Of a stretch of 64,000 bases of DNA, positions 50,990-60,200 are shown piece after piece (within the stretch, counting starts at the first letter, position 1; every line of letters starts with the position of its first letter). Under the pieces are notes generated by a model. The model was not told the origin of the DNA and ran no database searches. It was given only the letters and a program-made list of their open reading frames with translations. Made by a program: the position numbers and the translations under genes. Source of the stretch: a virus (taxonomy: Duplodnaviria; Heunggongvirae; Uroviricota; Caudoviricetes; Crassvirales); IMG/VR virus record IMGVR_UViG_2974732849_000001, one strand, 5' to 3'.

Positions 50990-51274
50990 CTAAAATATCT
51001 GTAATAATTGTCCTAATCCTCCAGACTTCTGTAATATATCAGGCTTATCCCACAGCTTGTATATTGTGAATTTCCTTTCATAATAGTCTAGGGCTGTTAT
51101 AAAACATGCTGCCAATTGTGCACTACTTAATAACTTGGTAACAAACAGGGTAGTCTCATAGTGAGGCTTGCCCTGTTCTATACAGTATTGCATCAATACC
51201 ATACTGATGTCACCTGTAGTAATACTATTATTAGCAACTAACCTTGATATTCTTACAGTCTCATCCCTATCCAT
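50990..51274 (-). CDS. hypothetical protein
   Basis: 94-aa ORF. A T11 run follows it on the minus strand. Confidence 0.35.
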   Translation of the reverse strand: MDRDETVRISRLVANNSITTGDISMVLMQYCIEQGKPHYETTLFVTKLLSSAQLAACFITALDYYERKFTIYKLWDKPDILQKSGGLGQLLQIF

Positions 51275-52037
51275 AAACTTCTCTTAACTTGTCTACAACA
51301 ATAGACAAATCATTGGGAATCTCATCAGGAAGGCCATCTAATGCGCCAAGACTATCCTTAGCAGGATATTCCCCATCAAACTCTTTCACATAATGCTTGA
51401 TAGGTTTCTTGTTTTCTGCATCATAACCTACCTTACCAAAGAGGATAATATCAAACTTTCCTTCAGGTGTTATGTAGTCATCCACCATCTTTCCAGTGGT
51501 CTTGAATTTATAGGATATTGAATCACCATTCTTATCCTTGTACTCTTCATAATGAGCACAACAAATGATATTCTTATCCTCAGGAAGTCCCTTGAAAGCA
51601 TCAAAGATGAGACCCATCCCATAACCAATCTGCTTGGGAGTATCCCATCCACCTTTCATGGCATTTGCCATGTAGAAATCCTGTGCAAGATAATTCATAT
51701 CATCTATAAGGATATTCTTGTAAGGTGACTTCTTCAACATGTTGACGATTTCTGCCACTGCTGCAAACCTGTCAAGACCTGTGAGACAATCCACCTGTAC
51801 CCTATTACCTGTAGCCAATGCTCCGGCATTAGATAATTTCTGTGTAGGTTTGCCTACATTCTCCACACCTATACTACCTTCAATCAGCTTGAAGTCAGGG
51901 TTGGGAACACCCCTACCAATACACTGGATAATATAGGTCTCTTTTGGGTTAAGACCCTTTATTCCCAGCTTGATTCTACCACAATAAGAAGTAGTTTTTC
52001 CAAATCCACTCTTTGCAAGAACTAATATCTTTGCCAT
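51267..52037 (-). CDS. RecA-like P-loop ATPase (Sak4-like core-only recombinase?)
   Basis: Walker A AKSGFGKTT and Walker B ILIDDMNYL. About 250 aa. Confidence 0.45.
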   Translation of the reverse strand: MAKILVLAKSGFGKTTSYCGRIKLGIKGLNPKETYIIQCIGRGVPNPDFKLIEGSIGVENVGKPTQKLSNAGALATGNRVQVDCLTGLDRFAAVAEIVNMLKKSPYKNILIDDMNYLAQDFYMANAMKGGWDTPKQIGYGMGLIFDAFKGLPEDKNIICCAHYEEYKDKNGDSISYKFKTTGKMVDDYITPEGKFDIILFGKVGYDAENKKPIKHYVKEFDGEYPAKDSLGALDGLPDEIPNDLSIVVDKLREVYG

Positions 52038-52054
52038 TACTTCTCCTTTTATGT

Positions 52055-53290
52055 TTATTTTGTTGATATACGAAAAAGGGATGCAAACTTATGAAATATT
52101 TTATGTTTATACAACCCCTTATCTATTTTACTTGTTGTGTAACTAAAGAAAGACTTAGCAGGACTGCTTCTTATGGATTCCAGATAACTGTACACTTTCT
52201 GCAATTCTTCCCTGTCATTAGGTCTTGGAAGTTCATTGAATTGGCACACAGCTCCATCAAAGAATAAAGGACATAGTCCTCCCATCTCACCATCTCTATT
52301 GACTATCATCTCCAAGAATCTTATGTTATCCTTGAACTTTGATATGTCATATCCCTCATACTCCTTTAAAGCAAACCTATAGGGTGAGAACAGGCCAAGA
52401 ACCACATTACTGTCTCTTGAAGTGTATTTGCTATCTCCTAATCCTGCAACTGAAGGTCTTACCCTGCCTATCTTGAATGCCTCATTACCTTCTTGGTCAA
52501 AAGCCTGCTGCTGGATTATCACAGGAGAGTAGTAATACCTGTTCCTCAAATACTTTGCACAATACTCACTAAGCTTATCCATAGATTGCTTTAGAGTCAT
52601 TCCCCTCTCAGTATCTATGAGGTTGATGGTATCTATCACAATCAATCTGTACTCATTAGGATTATCCTGCTCATATCTGTCAAACACCTCCTTACTCCCC
52701 ACTACTCCAAACTCATCCTTGTATTTACCCTCCTTATGATAAGTCTTGCCATGCTCTTCTGCATATCTTACACAGAACTTATATATACCAGTGGGATTAC
52801 AGGCTTCATCAGGAAACACTACATGCTCTTCAAAGTACCTGATTATGTCCTGCACCTCATCAGATGCAATCAAATCAAGTATCTCTTGTGACACTGCCTT
52901 TGTAGTACTCCTCAAATCTCTAGGACTTACTCTTACCTTGCCACCACTAAGCTCAAAGAGCAACCAAGATATAAACCTTTGCAATATCCTTTCAGGAGTT
53001 TCCTCCAAAGGGAAATACAATATCTTTATATCTATATCCGCCTTTGTGTAATAGCAAAACATAAGAGGCTTATAAATGAAGGTGTAGGACACAAACTGTG
53101 ACTTGCCCCCTTTGGTAAATGAGGTCACAGTATAATAGCATGACTGCTCTATACCTATGAAGTCACCAGCAAACCTCTTGAATGGAGAACTGATGCAATT
53201 CAGTTGACCATTGAGAATCCTTTGCCTTCTAATCCTCAGATTATCCAGTACTCGCTCTCTTAATGTAATCATTTTAATGTAGAAGTCCAA
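52055..53290 (-). CDS. DnaB-like replicative helicase; start probably ATG at 53272 (ATGA overlap)
   Basis: TKGGKS P-loop and RLIVIDTINLI Walker B, as in DnaB/RepA-like helicases. Confidence 0.45.
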   Translation of the reverse strand: MDFYIKMITLRERVLDNLRIRRQRILNGQLNCISSPFKRFAGDFIGIEQSCYYTVTSFTKGGKSQFVSYTFIYKPLMFCYYTKADIDIKILYFPLEETPERILQRFISWLLFELSGGKVRVSPRDLRSTTKAVSQEILDLIASDEVQDIIRYFEEHVVFPDEACNPTGIYKFCVRYAEEHGKTYHKEGKYKDEFGVVGSKEVFDRYEQDNPNEYRLIVIDTINLIDTERGMTLKQSMDKLSEYCAKYLRNRYYYSPVIIQQQAFDQEGNEAFKIGRVRPSVAGLGDSKYTSRDSNVVLGLFSPYRFALKEYEGYDISKFKDNIRFLEMIVNRDGEMGGLCPLFFDGAVCQFNELPRPNDREELQKVYSYLESIRSSPAKSFFSYTTSKIDKGLYKHKIFHKFASLFRISTK

Positions 53291-53889
53291 TCATTTCTTA
53301 AATTCTCTTCCTGACCAGCATTCTCGATATAGTTAATCAGCTCCGATTCTCCCTCAACCTCACCAGCAGCACCAACTTTCTCTTTGAAGATGAAATACTT
53401 TAGCAATCTCATATATGTATAGTTACCATTGAACCCTTCCACATATTTACTTGCTGCCTTAATGATTTGCTCATCAGTGTAAGTGTTCCCATACTTTTTG
53501 AAGAACAACTTCAACCTTCGCATAATCAATGCCACCCCATCTGCCCAATAATAATTGGTACCGTCCTTCTTGCCTTTTGGGAATATCTCCTTCAGTTCTC
53601 TGGCCAATCTGGATAGCCTCTCATTAGGCTCCTGCTTCTCACTGGATTCCATAATTATGGAGTCCAACAATTCCTTGCCCTTGCCAGTAAGCCTCCACTC
53701 ATTCTCTTGGAATAATCCATAAGATGCGGCTGTTATATATCCTTCCTTAGTCAGGTTACTTCTAGCTGTTTCGAGGTCTGCCTTATTATGGATGAGTAGG
53801 AGAAGCAATGCCTCCCCTATACCCACTCCATTCTTTTGGCAACCTTTCTCACTAAGACATATCATGGCAACAGTTTCTTTAGATGCCAC
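53269..53889 (-). CDS. hypothetical protein (start probably 53865)
   Basis: ATGA overlap if the internal Met is used. Confidence 0.35.
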   Translation of the reverse strand: MASKETVAMICLSEKGCQKNGVGIGEALLLLLIHNKADLETARSNLTKEGYITAASYGLFQENEWRLTGKGKELLDSIIMESSEKQEPNERLSRLARELKEIFPKGKKDGTNYYWADGVALIMRRLKLFFKKYGNTYTDEQIIKAASKYVEGFNGNYTYMRLLKYFIFKEKVGAAGEVEGESELINYIENAGQEENLRNDWTSTLK

Positions 53890-54266
53890 GTTTCTATGTC
53901 CATGGCAACATCACATGTATTACTTAAGGTGCGACATGATAATACTCTTTCAGCCAAGTCATTACCCAGAGTTTTCCATACATTCCTTGCAACCTTGAAC
54001 ATCTTTATCTTAGCCCTGCATTCAGCTATCCTACGGCCAACTGTCTCATCAAAGGTATCATCACTACTACATCTGGCTTTTCCCCTGCAAACTAGAGTAT
54101 CCCCCATTGATACAGCCTCTTTTGCCATTCTCCCGGGTATATCCATTATATTAGGAATTGCCTCGCTACCAAGCAGTTGTAACGTGAAGAGCAATTCACA
54201 TACCACCACTTTGTTCTTTTCATCTACTTTAAACTCCTTCTTGATGATTCTAACTCTATTTTTCAT
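53862..54266 (-). CDS. hypothetical protein
   Basis: 134-aa ORF. Confidence 0.35.
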   Translation of the reverse strand: MKNRVRIIKKEFKVDEKNKVVVCELLFTLQLLGSEAIPNIMDIPGRMAKEAVSMGDTLVCRGKARCSSDDTFDETVGRRIAECRAKIKMFKVARNVWKTLGNDLAERVLSCRTLSNTCDVAMDIETWHLKKLLP

Positions 54267-55402
54267 AATTCTATTTCGTTAATGTTTGAAATACTTTTTA
54301 CAGACTCTACATTATACTCCTCAATTATCTTAGCCACTAACTCCTGTTCCCTTGTATCCACAAAGTAAGGTATTATCACAATAGGGAATTCATGCCTAAG
54401 GATTCTGCCTATCCTTTGTTTTGTTATAATCTCCGAGCTATTCAAATTGCAGAATATTCCCACTCTACAGTTAGTCAGATTTACTCCTTCATTAAGAATA
54501 TTGCATGCAGATATATGTTTTATCTCATTCCTGTTAAACAGTTCCAAGTTCTTCTCCGAGTCCCTGTTCTTGGAAGTTATATTATGCCTGCATATTCTCT
54601 CTGACTGTTCTATACTACTGCAAAATGTCAATACCTTATAATTCCTAAGCTTGACTAGAAGAGATAATACAAGAGGTTCCTTTTGTTCAGAGCACCACTT
54701 CAGTCTTTTACCTGCTGTAGAGAGCCATAAGTTCTTTATTCTCTCATTTCTTGAGTTAAAGTATTTATTCTTGTACCACTCTATAAGTGAAGAGACACTA
54801 TCATAATAGCCTTTCTGGGTAGTAATTATGTCACGCCCAAACTTCCTAGATTTATAAACATACCTTGTAGTATCCAAATATAAGGGTAACAAGTATACTG
54901 TAGGTTCAGGTAATACATTATCCTTTACAGCTTCCTTAAGACCACACTTGATAACCTCAGCATTGTGTCTATACAGGAAATAATCTCTGGTATTTCCCTT
55001 GATGGTAGCAGACAATCCAATGAATGACTCATTGATATTAATGGTCTCAAGGATTTCCAACCTTGCATCAGAGAGGTGCTGCATTTCATCAGCAACCACT
55101 ATATCAAAGTCTGCTTTCCTGTACTTCTTCATGGACTCATAACACTCAAGGGTTATACAGTCAGACATGATTCCTCCCCACATCTCAATCTCATCTCTCC
55201 AAGTTTTCTTGTGTACAGTCTTGGCTACCAGAATGAGTATAGTGGCAGGTCTTCCTTTAATTTTGGACACTCTATCACATATATGGTTAATAAGACCTAT
55301 TGCTACCTTGGTCTTACCCATTCCGGTAATAAGTTCCAAGATAAGGTATTTAGTTTTATCAATCTTTGACAAAGCTAACTCTTGTGCTTCTTCTCTAGTC
55401 AT
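54263..55402 (-). CDS. superfamily-2 DEAD/DEAH-like helicase
   Basis: Motif I ELITGMGKTKVAIG, motif II VVADEMQH, motif VI QRIGRILR. Confidence 0.6.
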   Translation of the reverse strand: MTREEAQELALSKIDKTKYLILELITGMGKTKVAIGLINHICDRVSKIKGRPATILILVAKTVHKKTWRDEIEMWGGIMSDCITLECYESMKKYRKADFDIVVADEMQHLSDARLEILETININESFIGLSATIKGNTRDYFLYRHNAEVIKCGLKEAVKDNVLPEPTVYLLPLYLDTTRYVYKSRKFGRDIITTQKGYYDSVSSLIEWYKNKYFNSRNERIKNLWLSTAGKRLKWCSEQKEPLVLSLLVKLRNYKVLTFCSSIEQSERICRHNITSKNRDSEKNLELFNRNEIKHISACNILNEGVNLTNCRVGIFCNLNSSEIITKQRIGRILRHEFPIVIIPYFVDTREQELVAKIIEEYNVESVKSISNINEIEL

Positions 55403-55424
55403 TGCTCAATTTCTCTTTACTATT

Positions 55425-55766
55425 TCATACTTTCCAATATAGTAGCTTCTTGATTTTCAGTAGGCATTTTGTGATAATGTTACCTCCATCCAATGAAAAT
55501 ACTATGGCTTCGTTGTCAAGTTCACACCAATACTCCTCTAATGAGAATATGAAATAAAATATAATAAAGATTCCAAATAGAGTTACATTAAGCCAAGGAA
55601 CAATGCCCAATAGAACAATGACCAAGATTGCCCATAGAGGTACTCCTATCTTATATGTCTCTACTATTTGCATCTCTCCATTTATCCTGCGATACTTTTC
55701 AACATTTGTATCTGTCAAGATGCAAATAGTGAAAAGTATGATAAGAATTGATATAATCCACATCAC
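55425..55766 (-). CDS. small integral membrane protein (3 TM)
   Basis: Three hydrophobic helices in 113 aa. Confidence 0.4.
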   Translation of the reverse strand: MMWIISILIILFTICILTDTNVEKYRRINGEMQIVETYKIGVPLWAILVIVLLGIVPWLNVTLFGIFIIFYFIFSLEEYWCELDNEAIVFSLDGGNIITKCLLKIKKLLYWKV

Positions 55767-55813
55767 TTGCTAATATCTTTAAAGATTGTAGGAACCTGAC
55801 CATATACAGGTAA

Positions 55814-56338
55814 CTATATAGTAATCTTGTTGTCTAACTCAGAGGATAAAGGAAATATATTTTTTCTCTCCCTTCTTACTACCTCTTGAGCCTCCTCTAA
55901 GGTATTATATCTACCAAAGGAATGACCCCCAATTCTTACCCTATATTTACCATCCTCTATGGTGATGTTCCTACATTTAGTAGTACTATTCAGAGTAATA
56001 GAAACATTTTGAGCATTCTGCTCTTTGCTAACCTCTCTAAGATTATTTCTAACATTATTTAAGGTATTATGGTCAATATGGTCTACAACATTTTCAGGAT
56101 TAGATTTCTCAAATATAAGATTATGAAGCCATATTTGCTTCCTAACCTTATTAATTTGAATTTTAGTCTTAACTCCATCAATATGCCCACTTGTATTCCT
56201 ATTGATATGCCAAGTTCCTCTTATTAAAGCTGCCTTAGGTAAATCAACTTTGTCTATATAACATAATAGTCGAGTTCCTTTATAGATAATCTCTAAAGCT
56301 ACTACATTGTCATCTATTTCTACCACTCTGTTTTTCAT
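55814..56338 (-). CDS. HNH endonuclease fused to AP2 DNA-binding domain (homing-endonuclease-like)
   Basis: VDHIDHNTLNNVRNNL is an HNH motif. C-terminal KYRVRIGGHSFGRYNTLEEAQEVVRRER is AP2-like. Confidence 0.55.
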   Translation of the reverse strand: MKNRVVEIDDNVVALEIIYKGTRLLCYIDKVDLPKAALIRGTWHINRNTSGHIDGVKTKIQINKVRKQIWLHNLIFEKSNPENVVDHIDHNTLNNVRNNLREVSKEQNAQNVSITLNSTTKCRNITIEDGKYRVRIGGHSFGRYNTLEEAQEVVRRERKNIFPLSSELDNKITI

Positions 56339-56339
56339 A

Positions 56340-57140
56340 CTATTTTCTTATTTTACTTAAATCCAAAAATGTAGAAGTATTCCCACCAGTGATTACTGTT
56401 GGTACAGTCCCATCCCATTTCTCAATCCACATCTTCTCAAGGATTTCAGGGGTAAGTGCTTGCTGTCTCAACTCATTGGCCTTCTTCTCTGCCTCTGCTG
56501 CCACAATAAGCTTCTTGGCTTGTGCCTCTGCTACCTTCACCTCATTCTCTACCTGCATAGCCTGTTGGATAGCTTTATTCTTGGCATTTACTGACTCTAC
56601 AATAGTCTGAGGGTATTTGAGACCTGAAGTGAGTTGTTCTAATTGAAAGTTCTCTTTGGCAAGTGCTTGAGCCAAGTACCTTTCAATAGCATTTTCAATA
56701 CTGTCCCTTTTACTTACAATATCATCTGTGGTAAACTTGTTTAATTGGATTCTAAAAGCGTCCTTTACATAATTATATAGTGTACCACTAATGACTTCAC
56801 TTAATTCCTTCCTGTATTTCTTGAAGACAGCAGGTGATTTACCATCAATAATCTTCAATGAAACAGTGGGGTCTACAGTGAACTCGGAACCATCCTTTGC
56901 ATTGATTGTAAAAGGTTCATAATCAATGGTCTGTACATAAGTAGGATACTCATATACTGTAGTGGTCCAAGGATTATACCACACAATGCCAGTTACCAAA
57001 GAAGCATCATCTACCCCCTTGTCATTACCATATAAGTTCACCTTAATGCCCTCACAGCCTGCATCTACCTTCTCCATGCACGATGTTACTGAGAGCATTA
57101 CAAATAGGGACAATATCCCTAGAATCAATTTACTTTTCAT
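56340..57140 (-). CDS. SPFH/band-7 (HflK/C-like) lipoprotein
   Basis: Signal peptide with lipobox LSVTSC. The C-terminal coiled region QAMQVENEVKVAEAQAKKLIVAAEAEKKANELRQQ is typical of SPFH proteins. Confidence 0.5.
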   Translation of the reverse strand: MKSKLILGILSLFVMLSVTSCMEKVDAGCEGIKVNLYGNDKGVDDASLVTGIVWYNPWTTTVYEYPTYVQTIDYEPFTINAKDGSEFTVDPTVSLKIIDGKSPAVFKKYRKELSEVISGTLYNYVKDAFRIQLNKFTTDDIVSKRDSIENAIERYLAQALAKENFQLEQLTSGLKYPQTIVESVNAKNKAIQQAMQVENEVKVAEAQAKKLIVAAEAEKKANELRQQALTPEILEKMWIEKWDGTVPTVITGGNTSTFLDLSKIRK

Positions 57141-57327
57141 CTCTTTTAAATTTAATTGTTGTTAAACATTTTGTTTTAATTGATAAATAGAATATTACTA
57201 CTATCAAAAGAAATCCTAATACATTCTCAACAGAATTTGGTGTTGACATCATTCCAAGCCCTAATGTGAGCAGGGCAACGAAGATTATAAACCATACAGC
57301 AATCTTTGCTACTATTTCAGCTTTCAT
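57130..57327 (-). CDS. small 2-TM membrane protein
   Basis: 65 aa with two hydrophobic helices. Overlaps the SPFH gene. Confidence 0.4.
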   Translation of the reverse strand: MKAEIVAKIAVWFIIFVALLTLGLGMMSTPNSVENVLGFLLIVVIFYLSIKTKCLTTIKFKRDEK

Positions 57328-58127
57328 ACTACTTCAATTACTTTTACATTGTCAGGTAAAGCTTCCCGTCCCCAATCCCTATATGAATTAGTGAAATAAA
57401 CCTCCTTGTAATTCTCGCTAAGTGTGGCAATACCTTTAGGATTAACCATGTGGGTTACATAGATGGCTCTATCCCTATTAGGACAATGAGATTCAAGTAA
57501 TTGTGCAATACCTTTAAAGGTACCACCTCCATCACACAAGTCATCAATGACCACAAGTGGAAGGTCTTGATTTTCCTCTATAACTTCTGGGTTTTCAATC
57601 TTGAAACCAGAGAGTTGTCCTGTCTTTGGGTCCCTAACTTTACTACATATCACATTCTTAGTGGAGTCTCCACCATACCTTTGCAATGCGCCTCTATCAG
57701 GATATACTTTCAAGTATCCTCTAAAGTCTGGTATAGGAGTGGCAATATCTCCCCAATACGCATTAATAAGGTCTTGTACCCTGTATGAGTGGGGTTCAAG
57801 TACATGAACTGCTTGAGGAGACATATTATTTATTACCTGTGCAACTATGCTGAGAGAAAATGACTCATCATAACTTATTACCCTATCCATTCTCATGCTC
57901 ATAAGATAGGTAATATTCAAACTAAACAAGACACCTTGCCTATTAAGAATATCACCTACCTGCATAAGAATAAACAAGTCAGTAGGATTGCATATCCTAC
58001 ATATCACAGATAAATAATCTTTCCTGTCAATATCCTTTAAGACAATATGAGGTTCACCATCAGGGAACTGTATAACCTTATACTTTATACTACTCTTTTC
58101 AGGTCTAATAAGATTCAATACTTGCAT
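57324..58127 (-). CDS. ribose-phosphate pyrophosphokinase (Prs) family protein; candidate ADP-ribose pyrophosphate synthetase (Adps-like)
   Basis: Matches Prs blocks: FPDGEPHIV, NITYLMSMRMDR (Prs Y..RQDR), VHVLEPHS, and VVIDDLCDGGGTF (PRPP-binding loop). Confidence 0.6.
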   Translation of the reverse strand: MQVLNLIRPEKSSIKYKVIQFPDGEPHIVLKDIDRKDYLSVICRICNPTDLFILMQVGDILNRQGVLFSLNITYLMSMRMDRVISYDESFSLSIVAQVINNMSPQAVHVLEPHSYRVQDLINAYWGDIATPIPDFRGYLKVYPDRGALQRYGGDSTKNVICSKVRDPKTGQLSGFKIENPEVIEENQDLPLVVIDDLCDGGGTFKGIAQLLESHCPNRDRAIYVTHMVNPKGIATLSENYKEVYFTNSYRDWGREALPDNVKVIEVV

Positions 58128-58128
58128 A

Positions 58129-59649
58129 CTAATCCTCCAATACTATAGAGTTATTAACATTGGCTCTAATCTGGCTTAGAGACCACTCTTTAACCAACTT
58201 GCCATCTTCAAAGACAGTCTGTAGGCAGCTTTTATCCTCTTGTTCCTTAGTTACTTGGTCTTCAGCTATATACTTATTACCATCACTCTGGACACAGATA
58301 AGACCTTTCAATGACTTCTTTGTGCCATCATCAGTCTTTGGGTCTTTGAAGATTTCTCTCCCTTCTCCATTAACTTGGCACCAAGTAGCCTTCATAGCAA
58401 AGCCAAGAGAATCCCTGCTCTTATACTGATAGGTATATGAACCTACACCGAGTACAAGGTTAGTAGCTGCAAAGCCTCTCTCCTCAAGTCTCTTGTAAAT
58501 TTCCTTCTGCCTCTCAAGAGTAATGGAATCACCATAGATGATACCTACTTTAGGATTGAGTACCTTATAGCCCTTCTCATTGATAGTCCCACCAAAGATT
58601 TCCCACAAGACTTCATAAGCACCTACCCATTCAACAGGGCTGATTATCTTAAAAGCTTCTACTTGTTCCCGCCAATTCTCAAAGTCCTCCTGTTTATATC
58701 CTGCAATGATATGTACAGGGTTTCCACTATCAGGTCTTATGACTAGTCTACCATCTCTTGCAAGGATTTCATCCTTCAATTTAGGCAGATACTCTGTCAT
58801 TACCTTCCAAAAGTCCCAAGTATCAGAAACAATAGATACAAATCCAGTAGGATATACCTCTGTAATCAGTCTTCTGAATGTTTCCAACTCATCCTCTTTA
58901 CCTCCTGCACACATTACTGAATGCTCAGTAGCTGGTATTGTAGCTGCAATAAGCTCCTCTCCAGCATTTGCATTATAATACTCTTCAAGACCAGCAATGG
59001 CAGGTATAGTCTCACTACCACAGAATGAGGTCATGTGTCCCATACCAGACATAATGGCAGCTTCTACTCCAGCCATACCTCTCATAGAGGAGTCATGCAC
59101 AAGGAAGTTAAGGTCTACATCCTTGAATCCTGTCTTTCTTGCATGCCTTATCAACTCTTTCTTATACAATCTTGCAGTAGTTGCACTTGTCATAGGCAAC
59201 CATAAGGTAGTTGAGATAAGAGTCTCAAAGTAATTGGTAAGCCAGAAGAAGTCAGGATGTGTGTTGATAAATGTCAATGCAGGCACTCTAATAGGACATA
59301 GTGTGCCTTCAGGCAATGCTTTGATTCTGATAGGAAGATAGCCAAGGTCATGCAACTCCTCAATATGCTTAGTACCTACATTGTTAGGTCCTAAGAATGT
59401 ATCCACCCTTCTCTTGAACTCTGCAACTGCTATATCCTTAGGCTTATTGAAGAAGTCCTGTTGGAACTGCTTCATCAAGTACTCCTTGATAAAGTACTAA
59501 ATACCAAATACAACAGCACCTTCTGTAGCTTCAGGATAATAATGACAGCTTCTTGGAGTCCAGTTAGAATAGACATATTCCGTGTTTTCAGGATATTGCC
59601 TTCTATGGTCTAACTTGTAGCCATCAGTCAATAAAATTGCTTCTTTCAT
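58129..59649 (-). CDS. nicotinamide phosphoribosyltransferase-family protein (Nampt/Namat-like), 506 codons with one in-frame TAG at 59497-59499; ends with TAG
   Basis: N-terminus ILLTDGYKLDHRRQYPENTEYVYS, then LPIRIKALPEGT, FFWLTNYFETL, VSIVSDTWDF, LVIRPDSGNP, IIYGDSIT and FKDPKTD. All are collinear with eukaryotic and bacterial Nampt. Without read-through the gene splits into a 50-aa fragment and a 449-aa fragment. Confidence 0.6.
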
Positions 59650-59757
59650 GCTTTTTTTTTTGTTAAACTTATATTTACTTAATCAATAGGTTGTAAAAAA
59701 AAAGAAAGGTAAGGATATTGTTAGTATCCTTACCTTTACTATGAAAATATTTCTTAC

Positions 59758-60192
59758 CTAGTCTCCAAATATCTGATAAGAATATGAAGTACCACCAAGA
59801 TGCTCTACTGTCCTCTTCAAGTGGACCTCAAGCCTTTCTTTTTTATTCATTGTAGACCATTCTCTTGGCTTGAAACATGGAGGACAAGAATCCTTGCTAA
59901 TCATGTACTCATAAGCCTCCTTACTCATGTTGATAGTCTGAGTAGCCGGTTTACATTTTCTAGTGTGGAAAGTGATAATCTCGGGATTTTTCCCATTCTT
60001 ATCAGTTATCCTCACAGAGCCTTTGGTCATCTTGTCCAAATCTTCAGTTTGGACATAGATGGTCTTTTTGAATACTTTACCGGATTTGGTTTTTCTCTCA
60101 ATGACTTTTCGAGTTGTTTTAAGGCACTCTTCCTTGCTGAACATTGTACTTCCTTGAAGTTCAATACTCAGACTTAGTTTGATTTCACTCAC
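59758..60192 (-). CDS. hypothetical protein
   Basis: 144-aa ORF with CPPC. Confidence 0.35.
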   Translation of the reverse strand: MSEIKLSLSIELQGSTMFSKEECLKTTRKVIERKTKSGKVFKKTIYVQTEDLDKMTKGSVRITDKNGKNPEIITFHTRKCKPATQTINMSKEAYEYMISKDSCPPCFKPREWSTMNKKERLEVHLKRTVEHLGGTSYSYQIFGD

Positions 60193-60200
60193 TATTTTTC

